Positions 21,404-32,103 of a DNA stretch of 64,000 nt are shown piece after piece (the stretch's first letter is position 1; the number at the start of each line of letters is the position of its first letter). A program made the translations under genes and the position numbers. This stretch comes from Candidatus Binatia bacterium (GTDB lineage Bacteria > Desulfobacterota > Binatia > UBA9968 > CAXXLF01), in NCBI GenBank assembly GCA_963664015.2, contig CAXXLF010000002.1:1856001-1920000 (forward strand), given 5' to 3'. The notes under the pieces were generated by a model. It was given only the letters and a program-made list of their open reading frames with translations. It did no database searches and was not told the DNA's origin.

Positions 21404-24400
21404 CTATGGCTTTGACGGAGCCGCGGCGACCTCCGGATTCCCCAAATCGCCCTTGACCGTAATAGGGACGGAAAGAATGTTGCCGCCCAGAATATTTCTA
21501 ATGATAGGCGTTCTTTGCGTGAGAGCGTTTATGGTCTTAAAGGGTGCGATAAAAAGCTTGAAATTCAACTTTCGGCTCATGAGATCTACCTCTCCCGTCC
21601 CTATGATATCCATGGACGACCCATCGATGAGGAATTCGGTGACATCGATCTTACCATCCTTCAAATCTCCTTTGGCTATAATAGAATCGAATGAGAATCC
21701 TTCTTTTCTTAAATCAGGGACTTTCCCTCTGAATAATTCTGTAAGGTTTACTAAGGCTAATGCCTTGGCCAGCATGCTAAACTCGTAAATGCGTCCCTTT
21801 TTTGAAATGAATTCGAGTTTTCCCGTGGCAGTCTTGATCAATTCATTGCTCTTTCCCTGAGCCTTGAATTTTGCATCGAAGTCAAAAGTTCCTGTTCCAC
21901 GCCGCTGTTCATATCCCAGGCACCGGGTCGTCTTTTCGTAATCCTCGTCCTTGGCCAGCAGCGAAAAGTCCCATGACAAGTCATCGGGGTCTATTGTTAA
22001 GGTCCCGGTCGAGGAAATTCCGCAGAGAGCCGCCTTGTTCACTGCTATGCTTATGGAATCTTGAAGCCGAGAGATGTCCGCATGCAACGGACTCCAGGTC
22101 AAGTCGCCAAAAAGGAACGAGTCGGATTTTAACCGAACCGTACCACGAACGGGCAAATCCCAGAATTTGCTTTTCTCTCGACCGTTATTGCTCTGACTCT
22201 TAGAAGGAAAACGCTCTTTCAGCTTTCCCCAATTCAGTTGGTTGAGGGTAAGGTCCAGATTCAAGACAAAGGCGTCTTCTGCCGCGCTGATGGATCCCTG
22301 GAGATTCCCTTTATGCTGTTCCGAAGTAAGGGCCATCGACTTAAAATCAAGCCTTTTGCCATTTGCACTGACCGCCATGTCATTAATGATCAGAGGGACA
22401 TTGAACTGTTTTAGAAAACCAAGGCCTTTCCCTTCAAGGGTTCCGTGAATCCTGGAGTTCGCCGGATAGTCAAGAAAGATATGTGCACGAAAGTTGCCCC
22501 GCAGCCATTCGTTTTGTTGTGGGGTGTTTACCAGTATCTTTCCCGTCGTCCCTTGTGTGAGGGTCCCGTTAAAGTTGAAAGCGTATTCATTCTCGGACCG
22601 TCGCATTCCAAGTGAAGCGTTGGATTCATCATCACGGACCGTCAGATTTTTAATGGTCAGTTCCTGGGGGGACGCCTCGATATCCAGCGAAAGCTGCGGG
22701 CCGTTGTTAATCGTGAGGTCCCCTTTGAAAGAGATCTGTTTGCCTTTTTGCCACTGCAACTGGGATGGAGAGAATGACATCGGGGAACGGACGTGGAGTT
22801 GGGGTGGTAGGTTCATCAAGTCGGAAAGCCATGCCGTCGCTTCCGCTCCCAAATCGCCGCTCAAGGTCACCTCGGCCTTCTCTAGCCTGCGTATGGGGGA
22901 AGGGAGAATGCCGGACACCTTTATGCGGGCATCCGCCATTTGAGCATTGATGTTATTGACGACAATCTCTTCTGGGCTTGCCTTGAAAAACCCGCTCGTT
23001 ATTTTCATCGGGCCGGGCAGCAATTTCGATTCAATGACGAGGTCATCCAATTCCCCGTTCAGGTTGTAACGCCACTTTTCTAGGCTGAGAATGGGACCTT
23101 TTAAATCGATGCTAGACAATAATATGGCACCTTTGGCAGAAGTAACTGCATCCAGCTCAGGTGCGAGGTTTTTGAAGGAGAGAAGCCAGGGGTAAATGTC
23201 TTCCAAAACGAAAGAGGTGCGTCCCGATTCAATGGTCAAGAAAGATTCCCTTTTGAGGTTGAGAGAACCTTTCAGATTGGAAAAAGTTGAGCGTCCCATT
23301 TGGCCGCGTAGTTGGTCGACATTGACACCTGTCTCATTATACGAGATCTGCCCACCCTTTATTTGGAGCGGAAATGGCAGTGGTCGATAACTCGCCGATA
23401 CATTGACCTTCGAAAGATCTACTCGGACATTCAACGAGCCGACTCGGTCTCCCAGGATGAGCTTGCCTTGAACCTCACCTTTGGCATCGTTTATTTTCTG
23501 CAATTCATTTTTGATGGCATCATCATTGATCAGACGTGTGATCAATGGTGGAACCTCACTCAGGTCGGTCGTGACCTCTATTTCAACATTCAGCAGGGGA
23601 TTGGGGCCCGTGAGTCCGACTCTTATTTTCCCATTTTCACCCCGGGTCTTGAGCAGTCTCGCTGCAACGTTAGAACCCTCCAGAACTCCTTGGGAAATGA
23701 CGACATCGCCATCGACGTCTTCGAAATTCAAATCAACGGCTGGAATATAGATATTTCCATTGGACAGCTTCCCGCGAATAACCAAGGCCTCCTTACTGTC
23801 CAGGCCTTTCCATGATTTCGCCTGGCTGGTGATGGTCATCGAAGGGATGGTTCCCCCTCGCACGAATTGGAAGATGTCCTGTACGTCCGGATCGTCACCT
23901 GCAAGGGTAAGGGCAACCGCGCGGGTTGAAAGGAGATCGAAATCGTTCACTTTTAGTTTGAGATCGATAATGGAAGTGTCCCTTTGTGCTTTCAGGGTGC
24001 CAGAGAGAGAAAGCCGCGGAGACTCGAGTTCCAGTGTGTCAATGGTGACGGACCTGGTACGCTCGTTCAATTCAATGGAACTCTTCAGGCTTTTGACGAT
24101 GACCGTGGTCTGTTTACTTCGTTTGAATGCGGTAAGAATTAGCTTTGAGCTTCTTAACTTCGCTAGTAAATCCGTGAGGCCTTTCGTTAGAAAATTTATT
24201 TTAAAAGACCGAATAGGCTCAATAATGCGATAATCAGCCAGGGCAGGTACGTAGCGACTCAATATCAGAGGGTGGAAGCCTTCCAGCTCAACGGTCCCCT
24301 TAGCAATCAATGGCCCGGGTTCCAAAGTGGCGTGAATGGCGACGCTTTCTGAGAGATTGGACTTGCTGTCCAAATCAATTTTGAATTGTTTGGGGCTGAG

Positions 24401-24952
24401 CTCAAAAACAGCATCCACGTCATCAAAGGAAAGCAAGGACCCATCTGTTGCTGTTAGAGTCAGTCGTCCTTCATCTATCTCGATATCGAGGTCCGTTACA
24501 TTTGTGGCTAAAGCTCTAACGGCGGTAAGAACCTTTTGCTTTATTCCGTCAAAATCGATCGGTGTATCTGTTGGGAAGGGAAGCTTTATAAATATTTCAG
24601 GTGCTTCCAGGTGAAGCTCGTTAATCCGTACTTGGGCCCACAAGAGAGGAATAAGTTCAGGATAAGCGGCCAAAGAGTTCACGCTTCCTGTGGCGGTATT
24701 GGGGATGGACACGATTCCTTGGTGGATCACGACATGAGGCAGTGGGAAAACCGAGAAACCCATGCTCTCAAATTGGACCCTCCCCCCTATCTGCTCAGAG
24801 ATCGTTGTCTCTAGCTTGGTTTTGATGGCCTGGGAGTTGAAAAACTTCGGCGCGATGTAAGGAAAGACAATGGAAAATACTACAAGAAAGACAAGCAGCG
24901 CCCCCGTCAACCACAGGGATTTTTTCTTCTTTTTGCACATATTCGGGGTCAA
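21404..24952 (-). CDS. AsmA-like (YhdP/TamB-type) envelope protein
   Basis: 1182 aa, N-terminal basic plus TM anchor, beta-rich body, C-terminal GFSFDSI..GTGEVDL..ITVKGDLGNPEV. Confidence 0.8.
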   Translation of the reverse strand: MTPNMCKKKKKSLWLTGALLVFLVVFSIVFPYIAPKFFNSQAIKTKLETTISEQIGGRVQFESMGFSVFPLPHVVIHQGIVSIPNTATGSVNSLAAYPELIPLLWAQVRINELHLEAPEIFIKLPFPTDTPIDFDGIKQKVLTAVRALATNVTDLDIEIDEGRLTLTATDGSLLSFDDVDAVFELSPKQFKIDLDSKSNLSESVAIHATLEPGPLIAKGTVELEGFHPLILSRYVPALADYRIIEPIRSFKINFLTKGLTDLLAKLRSSKLILTAFKRSKQTTVIVKSLKSSIELNERTRSVTIDTLELESPRLSLSGTLKAQRDTSIIDLKLKVNDFDLLSTRAVALTLAGDDPDVQDIFQFVRGGTIPSMTITSQAKSWKGLDSKEALVIRGKLSNGNIYIPAVDLNFEDVDGDVVISQGVLEGSNVAARLLKTRGENGKIRVGLTGPNPLLNVEIEVTTDLSEVPPLITRLINDDAIKNELQKINDAKGEVQGKLILGDRVGSLNVRVDLSKVNVSASYRPLPFPLQIKGGQISYNETGVNVDQLRGQMGRSTFSNLKGSLNLKRESFLTIESGRTSFVLEDIYPWLLSFKNLAPELDAVTSAKGAILLSSIDLKGPILSLEKWRYNLNGELDDLVIESKLLPGPMKITSGFFKASPEEIVVNNINAQMADARIKVSGILPSPIRRLEKAEVTLSGDLGAEATAWLSDLMNLPPQLHVRSPMSFSPSQLQWQKGKQISFKGDLTINNGPQLSLDIEASPQELTIKNLTVRDDESNASLGMRRSENEYAFNFNGTLTQGTTGKILVNTPQQNEWLRGNFRAHIFLDYPANSRIHGTLEGKGLGFLKQFNVPLIINDMAVSANGKRLDFKSMALTSEQHKGNLQGSISAAEDAFVLNLDLTLNQLNWGKLKERFPSKSQSNNGREKSKFWDLPVRGTVRLKSDSFLFGDLTWSPLHADISRLQDSISIAVNKAALCGISSTGTLTIDPDDLSWDFSLLAKDEDYEKTTRCLGYEQRRGTGTFDFDAKFKAQGKSNELIKTATGKLEFISKKGRIYEFSMLAKALALVNLTELFRGKVPDLRKEGFSFDSIIAKGDLKDGKIDVTEFLIDGSSMDIIGTGEVDLMSRKLNFKLFIAPFKTINALTQRTPIIRNILGGNILSVPITVKGDLGNPEVAAAPSKP

Positions 24953-25074
24953 ACTAACACCGGTACCTTTGCAAATAATGTGGCAGAGTTCTGAGAATTT
25001 ACAATAGGCTCAAGACGATCACATCCGAAATTGAGGGTCGACCCGCCTTAGATAAAAAGCGTGAATGAATTTAG

Positions 25075-26170
25075 TTACTTGCGTGGCAAGCGGACCTCGA
25101 GTAGGTGCTGGAGCAGGATCCTTCCCATTTCGCTGATGGCGAGTGGGTGCCCTAGAACCGAGTGCCCCGACTGAACCACGAGCTCCGATTCGGCGTCGTC
25201 CAGGTGAGCGTTCTTGTAGACGACAACGCCATCGTCCCCTTGGGTGGGATCCCCTTCTCCGTTGACCGAGATGATGGAGTGGTCTTTCCCCTCTGGTGCC
25301 ACCGGAATGGAAGCTATGGTCTTTATGAACGGGTGGTCGGGAGACATATTATCGACGCTGGTCGGGATATACCCGTGGAATTCAGGTGGAAACGTCATTT
25401 TTGAAAATATCCCTGTGCCGAGTTTTATGATATTTATCGGCATCGTCACTAGCATAGAGCTCAGTTTGCCGATCCAATTGCCGGTGATGAAGCTGCCTCT
25501 TTGAGGAGTTGAAATAAAGATTACGCGCCGGGCGAATGGGAGAGGTTCGAAGAAAAGACTGCGCTGTAGAATCGCGCTTTGCTTCTCGGTGGAGGACATC
25601 TCGTCGAAGTTTTTGTCACTGATGTTCCGCCAAAATTTGTCGTCGCTTATTGCAACCATCATCTTGGTCAGGAGGTCACCCTGGCTGTGGCCGATCACTA
25701 CCGTTTGTTTCAGCGCGGAGTCGGAATCCTCAGGGTTGAATGAGCTTACCGCCTCTCGTAAAGAGTCACGGAGTAGGGATACGGAATAAGCAATAGGGTT
25801 CCCAGTGGTATAGATAAAGAACCAGAACTGGAACCGTTTGCGTATCTCGTGATTTCCCTGCAGGCCGTTAAACATCTTGGCCCATGTGGCTGGGCTGGAG
25901 GCCGTGCCGTGAACAATGACAACGGTGATCTTGCCCACCAGGTACGGCTGAATCAAGTAAAGCCCCGTCTTCAGCCATCTTCTATTCGCTGGTAAGGAAG
26001 GCGGCCGTTGCAAACTTCCAGAGAACGGACTCTTCCAGTGAAGAGGCCAGGGGCGCGCTCAGATCTGCCTCCAAGGGAACCTTTCGGTCCCGCACATCGA
26101 TCTGTGGAACATCGAAGGGCGAATAGAGCTCCAAGGAGGTCGAAACCGTTTGAGCGCTTTGACTGTTTTC
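25075..26170 (-). pseudogene. Alpha/beta hydrolase (esterase/lipase) fragment, N-terminus missing
   Basis: VHGTASSPA, FFIYTTGNP, GHSQG and DDGVV; upstream frameshifted LELYSPFD..VPLEADLSAPLA without a start codon. Confidence 0.65.
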
Positions 26171-26186
26171 GGTCCGATAGGTGGGA

Positions 26187-26765
26187 CTAGGGAGCCGGGG
26201 TGATCTTGATTATATTTGTGCCCTCGAGTCCGATGCCGGCCATGACACCTTTCTGGTCGAAGATGAAGGCGTACACACCTTTCCGTAGTGTCGTACTTGA
26301 TAGCGACCCCGCAACACCTTTGTCCAAGACCACGAGACTGGTTCCTGTGCCCAACTCCCACCCGCGGCTCTTGTCCATATACTCCAGCGACGCATCGTCC
26401 ATGAACATCAATACATAGTCAAAGGCCTGAAGTCCGGCTTGAAGACCAAAAGAGGCTGCAATAGATCGGTAATAGGCAACGGTCTTGCCTTGTTTGAGTA
26501 GCGCCCCGTCTCCCATATGGCCACCGATGAGGAAGCCCGCCTTCACGATCTTGGGAAAGACCAGGATACCCTTGGCCTTGTCCCCCAATATCTTGGATCC
26601 CGGTGTCGTATCGTAAAGTCTCTTAAGAACGTCCGTGACTTTGTGATCGATCTCACTTGCACTTGCCGCCAACGCCGGACCTGAAGCGACAAGGCCCATC
26701 ACTAGCATGCTGAATACTGAGGTTAATAACAGCCCCCGATAATTTGTTTCTTTGATAAGGCGCAT
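26187..26765 (-). CDS. YSC84/SYLF lipid-binding domain protein, secreted
   Basis: Signal peptide; AKGILVFPKIVKAGFLIGG..ASFGLQAG..QKGVMAGIGLEG. Confidence 0.85.
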   Translation of the reverse strand: MRLIKETNYRGLLLTSVFSMLVMGLVASGPALAASASEIDHKVTDVLKRLYDTTPGSKILGDKAKGILVFPKIVKAGFLIGGHMGDGALLKQGKTVAYYRSIAASFGLQAGLQAFDYVLMFMDDASLEYMDKSRGWELGTGTSLVVLDKGVAGSLSSTTLRKGVYAFIFDQKGVMAGIGLEGTNIIKITPAP

Positions 26766-27031
26766 TGGACCCCCCCCCGTCTTTCACCTGCATTTGGTAT
26801 TGAGATTATTCATATCTTCCTTGTGGGTTTAGGTCAATGATAGCTTTGCTGGATCGTTAAGCAGCATATGGCATGATTTTACAAACAATGATTGCAGATG
26901 ACCTGCGTCACCGGAAGGTTAATGTTAATCACCCGCCAATCCGGCATCGCGTCGAACCCCTATGTCAGACAATAACAGCCACGACCTTCGAATTAGAGCA
27001 TGGGTACTACGATATTTTTGTTGGGGATCGG

Positions 27032-28123
27032 TTATTTCCCTGCCGGTTCAGTTCTTGGTTCTGTTTCCTTTCCTCCCGGGCCTTCGTCTATCCATGCCCC
27101 GAGAAGCGCGTTGGCGACCGTGAGGATTACGGGTCCGACAAAGATGCCGATGAGGCCGAAGGCTAGCAGACCGCCGATGACGCCGGCAATGATGAGAAAC
27201 AGCGGGAGTTTGCCACCTTTCTTAATGAGGAAAGGGCGCAGAAAATTATCCATGGTTCCGACGATGACGGTCATGACCAGTAGAAACGTTCCCCATCCCG
27301 AGCTGCCGCTCCAATAGAGCCAGATCACTGCGGGTAAAAGGATCAGGACGGGTCCGATCTGTGCGATGCAGAGGAGGAGCATAACAGCTGATAAAACGGC
27401 GGCGAACGGGACACCCGCCAGCGCCAGGGCGATCCCGCCCAAAATCGACTGGGCGAGTGCCGTGACCACGACGCCCAAGGCGACACCCCGGATGGTTTGG
27501 CCGGCAAGGTGAACCATCCTTTCACCACTGGCTCCCCCGAGACGGTATCCGAACTTCAGGACTTGATCGGTCACGAATTCCCCATTGGCGTAAAGGGCTG
27601 CAGCGAGAATGACCGTCAGCAGGAACTGTACCAGCAAAAATCCGAAATTTCCGAGCTGAGCCAACACCCACTTGAATATCCCGGAGGCGTAAGGGACGGT
27701 CTTAGCAACAATTCCCTCGATTCCCAAGGCAGCAATACTCTCCCAGGCCTCAACTAACTTCTCTCCAGCCAGCGGCAGATTTGCCAACGTTTCAGGTGGG
27801 GAACCCATCTTAAAATTCGCGAGCGACCTGATCCATGTCGCGATATGCTCTGCGTTGGAGGTAATCGTTCCGACGGTCAATATCAATGGAATGACTAGAA
27901 CACAGAGCAGAACGAGTGTCATCAACGCCACCGTGACAGAACGATTGAACTTTAGCCGAGCCTCGGCTGCTGCCAAGAACGGCCAGGTTGCGACCACGAT
28001 GGTTGTTGCCCATACGATCGCGCCGAGAAACGGCCCCAGAACCCAGAGGAACGACACAACAAGGATCAAAACAAACAGGACCTTTAATATAGTACGGGTG
28101 GTGTCACTTTCCGTGTCGGGCAT
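27032..28123 (-). CDS. AI-2E family transporter (YdiK-like)
   Basis: Multiple TM helices; DNFLRPFLIK..GVIGGLLAFGLIGIFVGP. Confidence 0.9.
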   Translation of the reverse strand: MPDTESDTTRTILKVLFVLILVVSFLWVLGPFLGAIVWATTIVVATWPFLAAAEARLKFNRSVTVALMTLVLLCVLVIPLILTVGTITSNAEHIATWIRSLANFKMGSPPETLANLPLAGEKLVEAWESIAALGIEGIVAKTVPYASGIFKWVLAQLGNFGFLLVQFLLTVILAAALYANGEFVTDQVLKFGYRLGGASGERMVHLAGQTIRGVALGVVVTALAQSILGGIALALAGVPFAAVLSAVMLLLCIAQIGPVLILLPAVIWLYWSGSSGWGTFLLVMTVIVGTMDNFLRPFLIKKGGKLPLFLIIAGVIGGLLAFGLIGIFVGPVILTVANALLGAWIDEGPGGKETEPRTEPAGK

Positions 28124-28309
28124 TCGCTAAACCTCTCAGGTTAAAGGTCATTGCATCCTGGCCCCCGCGATTGGAGATTAATCGTGACCGAGACAGGAAT
28201 CCTCTCACTCCTTATAATATCCGATTACGGCTGCAATGTCCCCTCGAAATCTCCGAACCGACCGATTCCTTATCTTCGATCAGCTACCCAAATCGGCGGG
28301 TAATTGAAT

Positions 28310-28640
28310 TTAAAAGATTTTATGCCGCAGATTGGTACAGGCAAATAATGGCATAGCGGAGGGCACATAGCGTTCGGAAAACCCCCGACGGCCATTATCT
28401 ATTGCCTTGCTCTCTACTCTATGCACTCTGCCCCATGCCCTTGGCCAGTCTTAACCACTGAGGCGTGGTGGGCCCGACGCAGAAGTAAGACAATTAGCAG
28501 ATGGCAGGGAGCAGGAATGAGGGATGAGTCGTGAGGAAATCTAGCTGTCAGCCAGGCCACATAGGGAGACAGAAGGCAGCCGGAATAGTATTAAGTGTTA
28601 AGCAATGAGTGTTGAGGAAAGACCGCAGAGCCGGTAGCTC
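28310..28640. repeat. Degenerate modular intergenic element B
   Basis: GCCGCAGATT, AGAAGTAAGACAATTAGCAGATGGCAGGGAGCAGG and CTCTATGCACTCTGCCCCATGC modules shared with other copies. Confidence 0.5.
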
Positions 28641-28645
28641 TGGAA

Positions 28646-29275
28646 TCAAAATTTGGGCTTGCCACCTGTCTTATCAAATTGCTTGACCTTTTTTTTCATC
28701 TTTCCGATGAGCTCTGGAAAGGATTCTTTGGTAATTACCCTATTGAATTGTGACCGGTAGTTGTTAACGACACTGATGTTTTCTACTGAGACGTCGTAAA
28801 TTTTCCAGCTCTTCTCCGTGAGATGCAATTTGTAGATGACCGAAAACGCCTCTCCTTGCTTATTGACGATGTTCGAGCCTACTTTGGCATAACCCTGATC
28901 AATCGCCTCTCGAGTGTAGACTACCTTTTCGTCGTCGTAGGATTCGATCTTGTTGGCGTAGGTCTGTTCCAACAACTTAGTAAAAATAGTAACGAACTCT
29001 TCGCGTTCCTCCGGTGTGCGCTGACGCCAGTGTAGGCCGAGTGAACGGCGAGCCATCTCCGGGAAATCAAACACTGAATAGACTGCTTCCCTCAGCAGAC
29101 TCAGGCGTTCTCCCTTCCTGTGGTTTCCCCCTAGTTTGGGGTCGTTCAGGATCTGAATTGCCTTTTCAATCACATCACTTACTAGTTCCGTTGGCCCCTC
29201 GGCCTCGGACCGCAATGGGGTTAGTAGAACGAGAACCATCAACAAATAAATCCCGACTGTGATGCGAATCTTCAT
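28646..29275 (-). CDS. mlaC: MlaC/Ttg2D phospholipid-binding protein
   Basis: Signal peptide; FDFPEMARRSLG, WKIYDVSVENISVVNNYRSQF. Confidence 0.88.
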   Translation of the reverse strand: MKIRITVGIYLLMVLVLLTPLRSEAEGPTELVSDVIEKAIQILNDPKLGGNHRKGERLSLLREAVYSVFDFPEMARRSLGLHWRQRTPEEREEFVTIFTKLLEQTYANKIESYDDEKVVYTREAIDQGYAKVGSNIVNKQGEAFSVIYKLHLTEKSWKIYDVSVENISVVNNYRSQFNRVITKESFPELIGKMKKKVKQFDKTGGKPKF

Positions 29276-29460
29276 GTTGCCCTCGTCGAACGGCATCAAA
29301 TGTCAAACAATCCAACAGTTTGTAATGTCGTGAAAATGAACAGGTCCTTCGTTGCTCCGGCGTGACAGGTGCTACAAAACTCTAGAATACACCATTCGCC
29401 TTGCCTTGACCGTACGTGTTCTTGTAAATCGATTTTGAGCTTCAGTCAAGAGCCACCAAA

Positions 29461-29672
29461 CCGCAAAGGGCAGAGCGCCAGGCGCGGAAGTAAGACAGAT
29501 GGCAGTAAGCAGCAATGAGTTAAGAGACTCCGGACGACAGGACTACGAAGAGGCAATTAGTACTGAGTGGCGAGCGTTTAGTACTGAGTTATCAAAATCG
29601 AAAATAGAGGATCGAAGATAGAAAGATGGAAGGGGATACTTAACCGCAGATTCACACCAATGATCGCAGATT
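29461..29672. repeat. Modular intergenic element C (purine-rich left arm only)
   Basis: GCGCGGAAGTAAGACAGATGGCAG..GCAGCAATGAGTTAAGAGACT resembles 45877-45924; also TTAACCGCAGATT. Confidence 0.65.
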
Positions 29673-29727
29673 GTGCTCTACCGAAGAGAAGAGAATCGCC
29701 CAAAACGGGGGGGGGTGGGTCTGTGCG

Positions 29728-29997
29728 CTACCGTTTTCTCTTTAGAGCGGTCCTTCGGACTCGCTTTCTTGCAGTCTTTACTGTCCTTGCAGCCTCTTTC
29801 CTGATGATTTCCGCATGCTTTCTGACATGACCCACCGCGCTCTTGGCTAGTCTCTCGAGTTTCCCGGCTGCCAACTTGAGTTTCTTTTCCAGTCCCGCCG
29901 CCCTTGCTGTCTTCTTCAGTTCCGCCTGCAAGCGTTTAGCTGTAACCTCGACTTGATTGACGAATTTGGAACTCTGACTCCTACGCTTTTGTGCCAT
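29728..29997 (-). CDS. Small very basic Lys/Arg/Ala-rich protein
   Basis: SD GGAG upstream; 89 aa, helical, ends ARKRVRRTALKRKR. Confidence 0.65.
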   Translation of the reverse strand: MAQKRRSQSSKFVNQVEVTAKRLQAELKKTARAAGLEKKLKLAAGKLERLAKSAVGHVRKHAEIIRKEAARTVKTARKRVRRTALKRKR

Positions 29998-30099
29998 ACG
30001 ATTTTCTCCCCAAGAAAATTTGTTTGTGAAAATCCATTCTCATTGTACGAACATACATAATTCTATAGAAGTTTTCTTTTAGGGGCAAGAAATTTAATT

Positions 30100-30440
30100 T
30101 AACACTGAGTAAGATTAGCTGTTAGCGAGGCAGGAGAGAAAAACAGTACGCAATATCCAGGGAGCAGCATAGCGCAAGGCGCAGAGCGCTCAGCGACAGG
30201 AGGAAAACATTTAGAGCAATTCACGGCAGATTTGCGCTGATTAACGCGGAACATTTTCTGGCCAATCTGGCCAGAAATAAATGTTTCTCATCTGTAAAAT
30301 TCTATGTAAATCTCCAGTTAGGTTATTAAAGAGATTCTTGCCGGCGTCTATCTGCGGTTGTAAAAATTCTGAGCCGATGTCTGATAGCTAGAATCCGGAC
30401 TCTCTGCGCTATACTCTTTGCGGGCTGACAGCTGAAAGCC
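30100..30440. repeat. Modular palindromic intergenic element D
   Basis: CACGGCAGATTTGCGCTGATTAACGCGGA ... central TTTCTGGCCAATCTGGCCAGAAA ... TATCTGCGGTT; AGCATAGCGCAAGGCGCAGAG versus CTCTGCGCTATACTCTTTGCG. Confidence 0.7.
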
Positions 30441-30464
30441 GGGCGCCCATCCGTGGATGGAGGC

Positions 30465-30696
30465 TCAGTTGAGGAGGCTCCCGATGGTCAGCTCGCGGCA
30501 GATCTCCATGGCTTCCGACCGGTGCGGTCCGCAATCGGGGCATACCCTTTAGGGGGAAGGCCATCGAGGCCGAGTCGTTCATACCGCTCAACGGGAGTTG
30601 ACGGTACTGCTGGCCGCAGATTCCACATTGATAGGTTATGTCTATGGTCTCAGTCCTTGTTAGGGATACGTTAATCCTTGGAATAGGCTCAGGCAA
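30465..30696 (-). pseudogene. Possible small CxxC..CxxC zinc-ribbon protein, frameshifted
   Basis: YQCGICG in one frame and VCPDCGPHRSEAMEICRELTIGSLLN* in another, with the break near a G5 run at about 30552. Confidence 0.35.
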
Positions 30697-30835
30697 CTAG
30701 TATATTTACTAGTTTTAATAAAACTTTTACTGGCTCCCGGTGAAGAGGTTGTTAAGAGTCTAAATATAAAATAAAGAGGTTAGAGGCTCAAGACTTTACC
30801 TGAATAGATTTCGGGATTCAAGGGGGTGGCTCGTC

Positions 30836-31519
30836 GTGGATCCAAAAGAGGTGGTAATCCTCGTCGACGTAGATAACACGCTTCTCGACAATGACCGCGT
30901 CATCTCGGATTTGATGGACCATCTGGACCAGCAGGTGGGCCGTAGCTGTCACGAACGATACTGGGTCATCTTCGAGCAACTTCGTGAAGAACTCGGCTAT
31001 GCGGACTATCTGGGAGCGCTGCAGCGCTACCGGATAGAGTATCCCCGTGATCTCCGCATCATGGCGGTTTCATCCTTTCTCACCAATTATCCATTTTCCA
31101 ATCGCCTGTTTCCTAACTCCCTCGATGTGATCGATCGACTCAAGCAGTGGGGAACACCCGTCATCCTTTCCGATGGCGACGTCGTTTTCCAGTCTCGCAA
31201 GATCGAACGTTCCGGGTTGTTTGATGCCGTGGGGAAAAGGGTCCTGATCTACATCCACAAAGAACTCGAACTCGAAGACGTCGAACGCCGTTACCCGGCG
31301 AAGCGGTACCTCCTAGTGGATGACAAGCTACGAATTCTGGAAGCTGTCAAAAAGGTTTGGGGGGAACGGGTGACCACTGTCTTTACTCGCCAGGGTCACT
31401 ACGCACTGGATCCGCAAGTGATGACCGAGCATCCGCCGGCGGATCTGACGATTGATAAAATTGGTGGTCTACTGGCCTACGATCTGGAAACTCTTGTCGC
31501 TATGGGTCGGCGGAGCTAA
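30836..31519 (+). CDS. HAD family hydrolase
   Basis: DVDNTLLDND motif I, LSDGD and VDDK. Confidence 0.85.
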   Translation: MDPKEVVILVDVDNTLLDNDRVISDLMDHLDQQVGRSCHERYWVIFEQLREELGYADYLGALQRYRIEYPRDLRIMAVSSFLTNYPFSNRLFPNSLDVIDRLKQWGTPVILSDGDVVFQSRKIERSGLFDAVGKRVLIYIHKELELEDVERRYPAKRYLLVDDKLRILEAVKKVWGERVTTVFTRQGHYALDPQVMTEHPPADLTIDKIGGLLAYDLETLVAMGRRS

Positions 31520-31896
31520 AGTGGCGGAGTGTCGGAACTCTTGGTTGTGAAGTCGATGCCCTTGAGGTCGTTTTCTAGAGCGGTCAAGATTTGACGTAGC
31601 CCATCGTTCCACCCCTGGACCAGGGATTCGGGAGAACCTTCCTTGAGGGGAACCTGCTCAGCGTACTCCTTGCGAAAGATGATCTTGCTGCGAGTAGACA
31701 GATCCTGGAGGAGAAAAAATTCCATTTCTAAAACTGTCCGAGGCGCCGCCCGCTCTATAATGAGTATGGCCTCACGCCAGATCTTGCCGGTAGTCTTGGA
31801 ATCAAGGCTCCCCTCAATGGTGAGAGTGAGGCCCCCTTCGGTGCTGGTGCCCGCACTGAGGCTCACCGGGGTTATGGTGTTGGATAGGGCTGTCAT
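31516..31896 (-). pseudogene. Apparent in-frame fusion of an MlaE STAS-like N-terminus to an ABC auxiliary lipoprotein (PqiC-like) C-terminus
   Basis: LTLTIEGSLDSKTTGKIWRE..AAPR joined to VLEMEFFLL..IIFRKEY..PESLVQGWNDGLRQIL. Confidence 0.55.
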
Positions 31897-32058
31897 GAAT
31901 GTCGAAAGGACTCGTTTGTTTTGTCAGGAGCTCTTGGGGCCGTTCCGGACCTTCCTCTATCTATGATAAATCAGGAGCAACCTAAAAATCTATCTCTAAT
32001 GTCTGAGTCAATTGACGGAAAAAAACGTCGCGAAAGGAGACCGAAGATCAAATTTGCC

Positions 32059-32087
32059 TTGACAGCTTAACCTATAGAGATTATTCT
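32059..32087 (+). promoter_or_regulatory. Sigma70-type promoter of speA
   Basis: TTGACA-17 bp-TATTCT, 16 nt before the ATG. Confidence 0.6.
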
Positions 32088-32103
32088 GTTTTTTAAGATA
32101 GCC

